Source: Oligoflexia bacterium
Lineage (GTDB): Bacteria; Bdellovibrionota; Bdellovibrionia; JABDDW01
DNA length: 64,000 nt
NCBI GenBank assembly: GCA_043732305.1
Contig: JAYTHU010000170.1
Coordinates: 32,001 to 96,000, forward strand
Direction: 5' to 3'
In this document: piece after piece, positions 29,338 to 38,322 of the stretch
Position numbering within the stretch: position 1 is the first letter of the stretch
Layout of the letters: each line of letters starts with the position of its first letter
Notes under the pieces: model-generated
Database searches by the model: none
Told to the model about the DNA's origin: nothing
The model's input: the letters and a program-made list of their open reading frames with translations, nothing else
Translations under genes and position numbers: made by a program

Positions 29338-30222
29338 TTAAATCGCAGTTCTCTTGTCTGTCTTCTTCCTAGTTCTAAACTGCATCCACAAATCGATGAA
29401 GCCTAGAGAAGCGACAGCCCAAAACTGCGTGAAGATTAATATATAACTTATCATTCGCCAAATAGGGCCAACTCTCTTCGTGTTAAAAAAGTTGACCACT
29501 ACGGCCAAGCCCTGGAAGAAATAAAGCATGATCACAACGTTAAAAACGTTAGTGCATGTCCATTTAAGCCAAAGCGGTTCGAAATCTAGAAAATTTCCAG
29601 CTGCTGATGCGAGGGCAATCCACACAAAAGCATCAGGAAGTTTCCATTCCAAAAGTTCTTGGCTCGAAAAATGATGAGAAAGTTTCTCTGGAGCCCATCC
29701 CAATATTTTCTCCACTCGAGGAGCGAGAATAGAATTGAGCCAAACAGAGAAAATAGTCATCATCACAATGGCTGAAGGCACCTGCTTTAAAACACTGTCT
29801 TGGTCTTGAGTGACCTCTGGAGTCACTTTGAGCTGAGTCAGGGTTTGAGCGATTTGTTCTTTGAAAAAAACAATCGGTTGAAAACCCAAATAATGAACTG
29901 CAAAGCTTCCGAGTAAAAAGCCAACTCCGGCAAGAACAATCACTGTTACAAAAATAGAAGCCGTATAACCAATGTTCGAATTTTCACACTCGGTAAGCAC
30001 AACGGTTAAAATAGCCGCTGCACCAAAAGACATCGCAACCACTAACGGCGCCAAAAAATAAAGGGCTACCGTGCCTGCTAACGCCGCCGCTAATAAAGCG
30101 AGGCGACCTTCTTTTCTTCTGAGTACCAGAAGAGGAAGGGGCGCTAGAAAAACTGTCGTCACTGAAAACGCAACGGCGGTCAATCCAGAAAGCAAAGTGT
30201 GGAGGAGTCTTCGAGTCTGCAT
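29338..30222 (-). CDS. YybS/DUF2232 family membrane protein
   Basis: Multi-TM protein; WKLPD, YFFQGLAVV, LGFIDLW; conserved position upstream of rplI. Confidence 0.8.
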   Translation of the reverse strand: MQTRRLLHTLLSGLTAVAFSVTTVFLAPLPLLVLRRKEGRLALLAAALAGTVALYFLAPLVVAMSFGAAAILTVVLTECENSNIGYTASIFVTVIVLAGVGFLLGSFAVHYLGFQPIVFFKEQIAQTLTQLKVTPEVTQDQDSVLKQVPSAIVMMTIFSVWLNSILAPRVEKILGWAPEKLSHHFSSQELLEWKLPDAFVWIALASAAGNFLDFEPLWLKWTCTNVFNVVIMLYFFQGLAVVVNFFNTKRVGPIWRMISYILIFTQFWAVASLGFIDLWMQFRTRKKTDKRTAI

Positions 30223-30224
30223 TC

Positions 30225-30653
30225 TTATTCTTCGGATTCGGGAACTTCTTCTTCAACTTGTTGCTGACGACGTGCTTTTTCTTCTTCTGCACGTTCTTTT
30301 TCGCGCTTAGCACGAGCTTCCAATTTTCCTTTGTAAGCAGCAATTGCAGCCATAGGATCAACTTTGTCGTCGATCTTAACTGTCAAGAATCTGAAAATAT
30401 CTTCATTGATTCTCATGCTTCTTTCAAGCTCAGCAACCGCAGTGGTGTCAGCATTGAAAGTCATGCAGAAGTAATGACCTTTGAGTTCTTTTTGAATGGG
30501 ATATGTGAGTTTCTTTTTTCCCCAATCGTCCATATTGAGAAGTTTGCCTTTGGCAGCTTCAATGATGGATTTATTTTTGTTATGAAGCTCGACCATGCGA
30601 GGTTCAGTAGCATTGGGATTGGTGATAAAAATAGTCTCGTAGTTACGAGTCAT
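30225..30653 (-). CDS. rpsF: 30S ribosomal protein S6 with charged C-terminal extension
   Basis: RNYETIFI, DDWGKKKLTYPI, INEDIFRFLTV. Confidence 0.93.
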   Translation of the reverse strand: MTRNYETIFITNPNATEPRMVELHNKNKSIIEAAKGKLLNMDDWGKKKLTYPIQKELKGHYFCMTFNADTTAVAELERSMRINEDIFRFLTVKIDDKVDPMAAIAAYKGKLEARAKREKERAEEEKARRQQQVEEEVPESEE

Positions 30654-30693
30654 GCGAATTAGTCCTTTCGATCTGCACCCTTTTCACGGGGGG

Positions 30694-30728
30694 CCCTTTG
30701 GGCTTATAAACTAGGCCAAAGAGCAAGG
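30694..30728 (-). promoter_or_regulatory. Candidate S6:S18-type ribosomal protein leader hairpin
   Basis: Minus strand CCTTGCTCTTTGG-CCTAGTTTATAAGC-CCAAAGGG. CTCTTTGG pairs with CCAAAGGG, with an internal CC, in the rpsF 5' UTR. Confidence 0.4.
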
Positions 30729-30819
30729 TTATGTACTTATAGTTAGTTTACGGGTCTATCATGATGTGCCACCAGGAGCCAGACTTTTCAAATGACTTTA
30801 ATAGGATTAAACTATCACT

Positions 30820-31527
30820 ATGATTCTTAGACTCAAAATCACGCAAGGCTCCAGAAAAAAAGACGAATTCACCATCAAAAATGAGGTTTTCATCGGTCGA
30901 TCACGCTCAGACACGGACCTGACGATTGATGACCACAAAGCGTCCGCGAAACACGCCAGAATTCATTTGGCAGACAATCACACTTTTCAACTGGAAGATC
31001 TTGCTTCGTCAAATGGCACTTCGTTGAATGGGCATAAGATCAATGAGCAGAAGGAACTTAAACTCGGGGACACCTTCACAATTGGGCGGACTTCGTTTGA
31101 AGTCATTGAAATTTCAGGTGAATCTCTATTTGAGAAGGGCTCATGGCAAGCTACCGTCGACGCGAGCCTTTCCAGTGCGCAATCTCTTTATGATAAGCTC
31201 CCGCCAGCTCAATCAGATTTCGGGTTCTTCAAAGAACCCGTCTCTTTAGAAGTGACAAAGGGCGATGCAAAAGGTGGGAAATTCACTTTTACATTTGGAC
31301 CTCGACTGGTGGGCAAATACAGTGTGGATGCACCAGTCTTTGCAAAAGACTTTCCCGACGAAGCTTTTGAACTTCGCCCACTCAAAGGACAGTGCGAGCT
31401 TTTCACCAAAATAAAAGATGCCGTAAAAGTTAATTCCAACTCGGTGCATGCAGTGGTTTTAAAAGATGGCGATTTGATTTCTGTTGGACAGACCGAAATA
31501 CTTGTGAAATTCCTTAGTGACATATGA
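30820..31527 (+). CDS. Tandem FHA-domain protein
   Basis: First FHA intact (IGR, ASAKHA, SSNGT, GDTFTIG); second FHA-like domain degenerate (LKDGDLISVG). Confidence 0.85.
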   Translation: MILRLKITQGSRKKDEFTIKNEVFIGRSRSDTDLTIDDHKASAKHARIHLADNHTFQLEDLASSNGTSLNGHKINEQKELKLGDTFTIGRTSFEVIEISGESLFEKGSWQATVDASLSSAQSLYDKLPPAQSDFGFFKEPVSLEVTKGDAKGGKFTFTFGPRLVGKYSVDAPVFAKDFPDEAFELRPLKGQCELFTKIKDAVKVNSNSVHAVVLKDGDLISVGQTEILVKFLSDI

Positions 31528-32399
31528 ATATCATCAAAAAAACCACGGGCTACGCCCCAAGCTTTGACGGCACTCCGATCTTTTACGAAATAAGAGGCGA
31601 AGGAAAACCTCTCATTTTTTGTTATGGGATTGGTTGCTTGATGAATCATTGGCACAATCAGGTGAAGTTTTTTTCTAATCAGTATCAAGTCATATTGCTT
31701 AATTATCGTGGGCATCATCAAAGTCCCATTCCCGAACATCGAGACAATTTAAATTTGGACGCTTGCGTGATGGATATCAAAGCGGTCATCGATCATTTGG
31801 GAATTAAAAAAGCTTCCTTCGTTGGACACAGCTGGGGATCACAACTTCTGGTTCGCCTGTTCGATCTTCATCCAGAGTTTTTTGATAACTTCATTAGCAT
31901 CAATGGTTTTGTGAGTAATCCGCTGGTCGGAATGTTTGGCAGCAATTTGCCCGCCGCGGGTTTTGAGTTGTTGAAGCAAGCCTATCAACAAGTTCCGGAG
32001 ACCGCCAACTGGCTCTGGCAAAAAATTGCTTACAATCCTCTCGCCATTAAATTCACACAGATGGCTGGTGGCTTTAATCCAAAACTCACGAAGGTAAAAG
32101 ACATTGAAGTTTATTTAAAAGGTGTCGCGTCTATAAACATAGAAGTTTTCATAAAACTTTTCGAAGCGATGATGAATTACGATGGGCGCCCAGTCCTCGA
32201 AAAAATAAGTGTTCCTACTTTATTGATTTCCGGAGAGCAGGATTTCGTGACGCCCCTGAAATATCAAGAAGAGATGAATCGAAAAATCAAAAGCTCTCAG
32301 CTCACTCGCGTTCCATTCGGAAGTCATTGCACGATGCTAGATATGCCGGAGTTTGTGAATTTAAGAATGGAAAAGTTTTTGAAAGAAAACCATTACTAA
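31524..32399 (+). CDS. Alpha/beta hydrolase
   Basis: YRGHHQS, GHSWG nucleophile elbow, SGEQD, GSH triad. Confidence 0.88.
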   Translation: MNIIKKTTGYAPSFDGTPIFYEIRGEGKPLIFCYGIGCLMNHWHNQVKFFSNQYQVILLNYRGHHQSPIPEHRDNLNLDACVMDIKAVIDHLGIKKASFVGHSWGSQLLVRLFDLHPEFFDNFISINGFVSNPLVGMFGSNLPAAGFELLKQAYQQVPETANWLWQKIAYNPLAIKFTQMAGGFNPKLTKVKDIEVYLKGVASINIEVFIKLFEAMMNYDGRPVLEKISVPTLLISGEQDFVTPLKYQEEMNRKIKSSQLTRVPFGSHCTMLDMPEFVNLRMEKFLKENHY

Positions 32400-32479
32400 C
32401 CCTTAAACCGCCCTAAAAGTAAGCTTGCTTTAGATAAATCCCCATGACATCGTTCTTCGGTCACTACGGGGGTAGCAAC

Positions 32480-32911
32480 ATGAACATTTTTACTTTACTT
32501 TGCGCTTTGTGTTTTTCATTGCCGAGCTTAGCCGATCCCAAAATTATACCTATTAGTCAAACTGCACCATTTGCTAAAGCTATGAGGCTTACTCTCGAAA
32601 ATAATTCATGGAGCTGTCGAAATAAAAAGGGGCACATGGAAATTTCCACAGATCTTTTTGAAAACGCGAAATCAGTTGAAATGGCAAGTTTGGCCGAACA
32701 ACCTTTTTTGATTTTCCGAGGCGGAGATGCTCTGAATCAATATGTTTTGTACGTCACGACAACTTCCGACCACAAACGCATTTTAAAAATTGATGGTGAT
32801 CGCTTTGAAGCAATCCAAGGGCGCGTCAATGCATTGGATTTTTCCCGACCGGAAATTATTGATCGCACGCAAATATTTTTGACTGAAAGAATTTCCTGCA
32901 CTCCAAAATAA
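32480..32911 (+). CDS. Secreted hypothetical protein
   Basis: Signal peptide MNIFTLLCALCFSLPSLA; GGGGG RBS-like sequence upstream; two Cys in the mature part. Confidence 0.65.
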   Translation: MNIFTLLCALCFSLPSLADPKIIPISQTAPFAKAMRLTLENNSWSCRNKKGHMEISTDLFENAKSVEMASLAEQPFLIFRGGDALNQYVLYVTTTSDHKRILKIDGDRFEAIQGRVNALDFSRPEIIDRTQIFLTERISCTPK

Positions 32912-33115
32912 TTATCCCACTTCTTCAAAATCAAAAGAAAGTTGCGCGCGTTCTTTTTTGCGAGTTTCTTCATCCTTATATTTCTCGGGAAGTTCTATTC
33001 GCACGCCATAAGCTTGCTGAATAAGATTTTGCACAAACGCCGCTTTTACCGAATCGCTGGCTCCATCTTTAAAGCCAAGTCGTTCCATGATGTCTTTGAC
33101 CTTGTCCACGGCCAC
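32912..33115 (-). CDS. Small hypothetical protein
   Basis: 67 aa with protein-like composition, ending in QLSFDF; abuts the convergent gene exactly. Start uncertain. Confidence 0.55.
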   Translation of the reverse strand: MAVDKVKDIMERLGFKDGASDSVKAAFVQNLIQQAYGVRIELPEKYKDEETRKKERAQLSFDFEEVG

Positions 33116-33292
33116 GCCCCATCTGGAGTGAGTTTTGATTGTCTGTTGGATGCTATCTCAGATGTGAAAAATCAGCGCTGCATTCATTGGTGATGTAAAC
33201 CCCTCAAAGGTAAGACCCGCAAGCGTTTCAGGCTGGTTAATACTATTTCAATATGCGCTGCGCCACTCGCCGATATGCTGCTTTAGCATTAG

Positions 33293-33322
33293 TTGACAAC
33301 CTTTCAAAAAGACTCCAATAAT
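33293..33322 (+). promoter_or_regulatory. Candidate sigma70 promoter for the etf operon
   Basis: TTGACA-N18-AATAAT about 40 nt upstream of etfB. Confidence 0.45.
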
Positions 33323-33362
33323 GTCTCGTGACAACCGGGTTTTTACAAAAGGAATTAAATTT

Positions 33363-34148
33363 ATGAACATTTTTGTTTGCATCAAACAGGTGCCGGATTC
33401 AGAGACAAAGATCCAGATCAAGAGCGATGGATCTGCAATTGAGTCTAATGGCGTCAAATGGGTGATGAATCCTTATGATGAATTTGCAGTCGAGGAATCT
33501 TTAAAACTTCGGGATAAATTAGCCGATGGCTCCCAAGTTACAATTCTCACACTCGGACCCAAACCTCGGTCCATTGATGTTCTGCGAACTGCGTTAGCCA
33601 TGAGTGCAGACAATGCGGTTTTGATTGAAGCGCCTGAAAATCTTGATTCATTTAGTGTCGCAAAGGCTATTGCCGCAGTTATCAAAAATGAAACCGATGT
33701 AGGTGTGATCTTTACTGGAAAACAAGCCATCGACGACGACTGCGCTCAAACAAGCCAGCTCATTGCTGAATTTTTGGGATGGCCGCATGCCACGGTTGTT
33801 ATTAAATTTGAAATGGACGCGGAGAAAACTCATTTCATCGTCAACAAAGAGGCCGAAGGCGGATCTGTTGAAACTTTGCAGCTAACTAAGCCTGCGGTGA
33901 TAGCAGCGCAAAAAGGTTTAAATACCCCTAGATATGCAAGCCTCCCCGGAATTATGAAGGCCAAGAAAAAAGAGATTCGAGAGATTGCTTACAGTTCCTT
34001 AGGGGTGAGCGATTCTGATTTGAAAATTTCTCAGAAAAACTTCCAACTTCCTCCGGGAAGACCTCAGGGAAGATTTATCGATGGCGATGCCGCCACTCAA
34101 GTCACAAACTTGGTAAAACTTTTAAGAGAAGAAGCAAAGGTAATTTGA
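33363..34148 (+). CDS. etfB: Electron transfer flavoprotein beta subunit
   Basis: VCIKQVPD, MNPYDEFAVEE, GKQAIDDD, PRYASLPGIMKAKKK. Confidence 0.95.
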   Translation: MNIFVCIKQVPDSETKIQIKSDGSAIESNGVKWVMNPYDEFAVEESLKLRDKLADGSQVTILTLGPKPRSIDVLRTALAMSADNAVLIEAPENLDSFSVAKAIAAVIKNETDVGVIFTGKQAIDDDCAQTSQLIAEFLGWPHATVVIKFEMDAEKTHFIVNKEAEGGSVETLQLTKPAVIAAQKGLNTPRYASLPGIMKAKKKEIREIAYSSLGVSDSDLKISQKNFQLPPGRPQGRFIDGDAATQVTNLVKLLREEAKVI

Positions 34149-35113
34149 TGTCGCAAATATTAGTTTTCCTTGAACATAAAAACGGAGAGATAAAAAAAAC
34201 CTCTCTCGAACTTTTAACCGCCGCCAAAAAATCTGGAGCGCCTTTTGACGCCATGGCTTTTGGAGCAGGATCAAAAATACTGGCTGCAGTCGCTGGCGGC
34301 TTGGGAGCACAAACTTTATTTGCTTCTGAAAATGAGATTTTTAAAAATTATAATTCGGAAGCTTTTGCCGAAGCTGTGAGCCAAATCATTAAAGAAATAA
34401 AACCTGAAGTTCTTTTGGCAACAGCTAGCCAGGTAAACAAAGATTTATTCCCACGAGTTGGTGGAAAAACTGGAAATGGCGTCGCTACCGATTGCACGAG
34501 CCTCACTTTGAGCGGAACAAATCTTTCTGTGCGTAGACCAGTATTTTCCGGCAAAGCATCAGTCGAAGTTGAATTTAAGAACTCCCCAACAAAAATTGCG
34601 TTGATGCGTCCTAATGTTTTGGAAATAGAACAGCCCGCAAGTGGAAAATCTGCAACTGTAGTTGAAGTAGCTCTTGCACCAATGGACCTTAAGACGATCG
34701 TTAAAAGTATTGTTCAAGGTGCAGGATCAAAACTCGATTTGACCGAAGCTAACGTGATTGTTTCTGGTGGACGTGGAATGAAGGGTCCTGAGAATTTCAA
34801 AATGCTGGAAGAACTCGCCGCCGTACTAGGCGGAACAGTTGGTGCTTCACGTGCCGTAGTCGACGCCGGATGGGTCGCCCATGATATGCAAGTAGGACAA
34901 ACCGGAAAAACAGTTTCGCCCTCATTGTACATTGCATGCGGAATCAGCGGCGCCATCCAACATTTGGCCGGGATGAGTTCTAGTAAGGTTATCGTGGCGA
35001 TCAACAAAGACAAAGAAGCTCCCATATTTCAGAGAGCAACCTACGGAATTGTGGGCGATGCTCTCGAGATCGTTCCTTTGCTCACCGCCGAGTTTAAAAA
35101 ACTTCTGCAGTGA
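34148..35113 (+). CDS. etfA: Electron transfer flavoprotein alpha subunit
   Basis: VSGGRG, GASRAVVDAGW, QVGQTGK, GISGAIQHLAGM. Confidence 0.96.
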   Translation: MSQILVFLEHKNGEIKKTSLELLTAAKKSGAPFDAMAFGAGSKILAAVAGGLGAQTLFASENEIFKNYNSEAFAEAVSQIIKEIKPEVLLATASQVNKDLFPRVGGKTGNGVATDCTSLTLSGTNLSVRRPVFSGKASVEVEFKNSPTKIALMRPNVLEIEQPASGKSATVVEVALAPMDLKTIVKSIVQGAGSKLDLTEANVIVSGGRGMKGPENFKMLEELAAVLGGTVGASRAVVDAGWVAHDMQVGQTGKTVSPSLYIACGISGAIQHLAGMSSSKVIVAINKDKEAPIFQRATYGIVGDALEIVPLLTAEFKKLLQ

Positions 35114-36468
35114 GAAATTTCATTCTTGCTCCTCTGATTGCAGTAGTTTATTGGCTGTGGTCTCGCACATGGAGATTAAAAATTCACGAAGAAACAGAAT
35201 TCAAAGCTGCACTCAGAAACGGCCCGGTGATTTTTGCTCACTGGCATGGTGATGAGCTCGTGGTTTTAAGAATCGGCAGGCATTATCATTCTGCAGCGAT
35301 GACTAGCACTTCTAAGGATGGCGAGTTAATGACGAGAGTACTGAAAATTTTTGGATTTGGAATCTCACGAGGATCCAGTACCAGAGGTGGAGTGAGAGCG
35401 CTCGTGGGAATGGTTCATCTAATGAAACAGGGCTTCAATGCCACTGTTGCTGTTGATGGTCCGAAAGGGCCAATATACAAAGTGAAACCCGGGATCCTAG
35501 CGCTAGCAAAACATGGAGCATCTCCCATTGTTCCTACTGGCGTTGGGAAAAAATCTGCGCTCGTCTTCGAAAAATCCTGGAATAAAACTTATCTTCCTTG
35601 GCCATTTTCTAAAGTAGTGGTGAGCTTTGGTCGACCCTTCATGTATGATGAGAAAATAGAAGAAAAGGAACAAATCGAAATGTTAGAATTGAAACTATTA
35701 AAACAAAAAGCTCACGCTCAATCTTTACTCACAATTGCTTTAGTGACACTTACTCTTCTCACTTCTGGTTGCGTCACGAGCTCGCCAAATAATGAAAGTA
35801 ATAGTACCGGCGGGATGGAAGACACGCTCACTCGGTCAATTCATAAATTTATGAAGCCTCGAGCCACTGAAATTTCTGGTACAGAGCCAGCAGTTCTTCA
35901 ATATGTACTTCCCGGCGGACTCGCTCAGAAATATGGTTTTAAAGTAGGCGATAAAATCACCAAAATTAACGGTAAGGAGATCAGCACTTCTTCTGAATTT
36001 CAGAAAAAGATGAGAGCTCCCTCTTCTCCAACAATGCAAATTGAGTACAAAAATAAAAATGGAACATTGAATGTTCGAAACATTCAGTTTGCCACTGACA
36101 CCGTCAAATTTGGAGCTAGCACTGAACCCCAAAATGTAGAGTTGGTAAGAAATTCTTCCTCCGTAGCGTTTGTGAACCACGGCCCGTTCACAATCTATGG
36201 ATCCGTTTCCATCAATAAGGAAGGATCCACTATTTTCCTAAATTTGATTTTAGATAGTGAGGTACGAATGGCGCGCACCCAGGTAAATTTCAAAGTCATC
36301 AATAGTGAAAATAAAAAGGTATTAGGAACGAACGAAGAAACCCTTGACGCGTTGGGCTTAAGTCCAACTTTAGTTTCACGATCTTTCAATATCAGTGATG
36401 TTCCTTCGAGCGTCACAGTTTCATTAGCACTTGAAAAACAACACTTTACGTTTGAGTTTAAAAATTGA
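35110..36468 (+). CDS. DUF374/lysophospholipid acyltransferase domain fused to a lipoprotein-like PDZ module
   Basis: N-half: FAHWHG, SKDGE, RGSSTRGG, VDGPKGP, SW...LPWPFSK. Then a hydrophobic helix + LTSGC, then PDZ-like GGLAQKYGFKVGDKITKING. Confidence 0.75.
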   Translation: MRNFILAPLIAVVYWLWSRTWRLKIHEETEFKAALRNGPVIFAHWHGDELVVLRIGRHYHSAAMTSTSKDGELMTRVLKIFGFGISRGSSTRGGVRALVGMVHLMKQGFNATVAVDGPKGPIYKVKPGILALAKHGASPIVPTGVGKKSALVFEKSWNKTYLPWPFSKVVVSFGRPFMYDEKIEEKEQIEMLELKLLKQKAHAQSLLTIALVTLTLLTSGCVTSSPNNESNSTGGMEDTLTRSIHKFMKPRATEISGTEPAVLQYVLPGGLAQKYGFKVGDKITKINGKEISTSSEFQKKMRAPSSPTMQIEYKNKNGTLNVRNIQFATDTVKFGASTEPQNVELVRNSSSVAFVNHGPFTIYGSVSINKEGSTIFLNLILDSEVRMARTQVNFKVINSENKKVLGTNEETLDALGLSPTLVSRSFNISDVPSSVTVSLALEKQHFTFEFKN

Positions 36469-36512
36469 GCATGCTAGCGTCATAACGTAGATAATCATCA
36501 CCTGGGGGCTTC

Positions 36513-37334
36513 ATGAAAGCATCGCATCGTCTGTTTATTGGTTCACTTTTATTCTTGGGCTCAATTGCCGTCGCGGCAACTGAATCACCGGTTGTAGCTA
36601 CGATCAACGGACGCGCCATCCGCCTCAATGAATTCAACCAAAGATTTGATGATGCGAGCAAGTTAGTAAATCCTCCTGCTAATCGCAAAGTTTTCTTGGA
36701 AGATCTCGTCCGATACGAAGTGGGCGTTCAAGAAGCTGAAAAAAGAAAAATTGAAAACGATCCCGTCGTTAAAGAGAGAATCAGACAACAGCTTTATGTA
36801 GGTCTGATTGAAAAAGAATTGGGCGATAAGATCAATAATCTCCCAGTTTCTGAGGCTGAGATGGAATCCTATTACAAAAACTCTCCTGAACTTAAAAGCA
36901 GCCACATTTTGATCGAAGTGAAACCTAATGCGACTGAAGCCGAAAGAGGAGCGGGTAAAAAGCGCGCTGAAGAAATTCTTAAAGAAGTTCGCGCCAGCAA
37001 AAAATCTTTTGAAGAACTCGCCAACCTCTACACGGATGATATCGTCACTAAAAAACGTGGTGGCGATGTGGGTTATCAAAATCGTCTCACCGTAGTCGCT
37101 CCCTATTTCGACGCTCTTATGAAGTTAAAAACAGGCGAAATTTCCGGGCTCATTGATACAAAATTTGGTTTCCATATTGCCAAACTCACGGGCCGTCATA
37201 CCTATGAAGAAGCCGACAAAGCTGTACTCAAAAATGCTGTTTTTGAGAAAAAACGTCTGGCCATGTTCAATGATTATTTCGACAAGCTTAAGAAGAAATA
37301 TAAAATCACTTTGAATCCGGAAATTGTTAAATAA
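36513..37334 (+). CDS. Periplasmic parvulin-type peptidyl-prolyl isomerase
   Basis: Signal peptide; SSHILI, FEELA, GGDVG, TKFGFHI. Confidence 0.88.
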   Translation: MKASHRLFIGSLLFLGSIAVAATESPVVATINGRAIRLNEFNQRFDDASKLVNPPANRKVFLEDLVRYEVGVQEAEKRKIENDPVVKERIRQQLYVGLIEKELGDKINNLPVSEAEMESYYKNSPELKSSHILIEVKPNATEAERGAGKKRAEEILKEVRASKKSFEELANLYTDDIVTKKRGGDVGYQNRLTVVAPYFDALMKLKTGEISGLIDTKFGFHIAKLTGRHTYEEADKAVLKNAVFEKKRLAMFNDYFDKLKKKYKITLNPEIVK

Positions 37335-38322
37335 AAATTTCTATCTTATTTTATCGATTCCAATTTGTTTGCTTTCGCTAAGCCTGAACACTGGCTGCAC
37401 AAAGTTACAGGATAAAACTGCTGCGAGCAAAACAGTCTTGAAACTGAATAACCAGTCCATGGACACTATCGGATTTTCCAAACAGCTGGCGGAAAAGATG
37501 AAAGTCTATGATGCTGCCGCTGCCAAAGCGCCAATCAATCTTGCCCGAGCAAAAAAAGAAATTATCAATGAGTTTATCGTTTCCGCTCTGGTCACTGAAT
37601 ATGCCGCAAAAAATGGCATCAGCGTTTCAGAACTTGAACTTGAGACTGAGTTTAATAAATTACGAAAAGGCTACGCCTCAGATATTGATTTTAAAGAGTC
37701 ATTGGCTCAGTCAGGTCTTCTGATTGAGGAATGGAAAGCTAAGCTAAAGGTTTCGCTTTTACAGAAAAAAGTAATCGATGATATTTCCAAATCTGTAAAT
37801 CTATCCAAGCAGATTCAGAACAACGACGTGAAAAATTATTACGAATCTCATCTGCGAGAATTTCAGCGACCTGCTGAAATACGAATTTCGCAGATTGTTG
37901 TCCAGCACATGGATGAAGCGGATGAACTAAAAAAGCGAATTAAATCTGGCAGTTTTCGGTTTGAGGAAGCAGCAAAGAAATTCAGTCTCTCTCCAGATGG
38001 AAAAAAAGGTGGGGACATAGGATTTTTAGCAAAAGGGGTTGTTCCCGCGTTTGATATCGCATTTACATTTCCTGTAGGACAGTTGAGCTCAGTTATCAAA
38101 AGCAGCTACGGGTACCATTTGATGAAAGTGACAGAAAAGCGCGCAGCGTCAAAACAGTCTTTAGAACAGGCGCGTCCCAGTATTTTAAAACTTGTCATGG
38201 AGCAGAAAAAAGAAGAATCTTTCAGACAATGGTTTGACCAACAAATCAAGCTCGCTAAATTGGAAGAAGACACGCCGCTTATTGATGCTTTGAAAGTCTA
38301 CACGCAAGGAAATTTGGAATGA
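37324..38322 (+). CDS. SurA/PrsA-like PPIase lipoprotein
   Basis: Lipobox-like NTGC; FEEAAKKFSLSPDGKKGGDIG, SSYGYHL. Confidence 0.85.
   Translation: MLNKNFYLILSIPICLLSLSLNTGCTKLQDKTAASKTVLKLNNQSMDTIGFSKQLAEKMKVYDAAAAKAPINLARAKKEIINEFIVSALVTEYAAKNGISVSELELETEFNKLRKGYASDIDFKESLAQSGLLIEEWKAKLKVSLLQKKVIDDISKSVNLSKQIQNNDVKNYYESHLREFQRPAEIRISQIVVQHMDEADELKKRIKSGSFRFEEAAKKFSLSPDGKKGGDIGFLAKGVVPAFDIAFTFPVGQLSSVIKSSYGYHLMKVTEKRAASKQSLEQARPSILKLVMEQKKEESFRQWFDQQIKLAKLEEDTPLIDALKVYTQGNLE

Noticed and set aside
33116..33292. ~175-nt intergenic stretch as a possible ncRNA or riboswitch
   Set aside because: No convincing long stem or known motif found by eye; an Rfam/Infernal scan would be needed.
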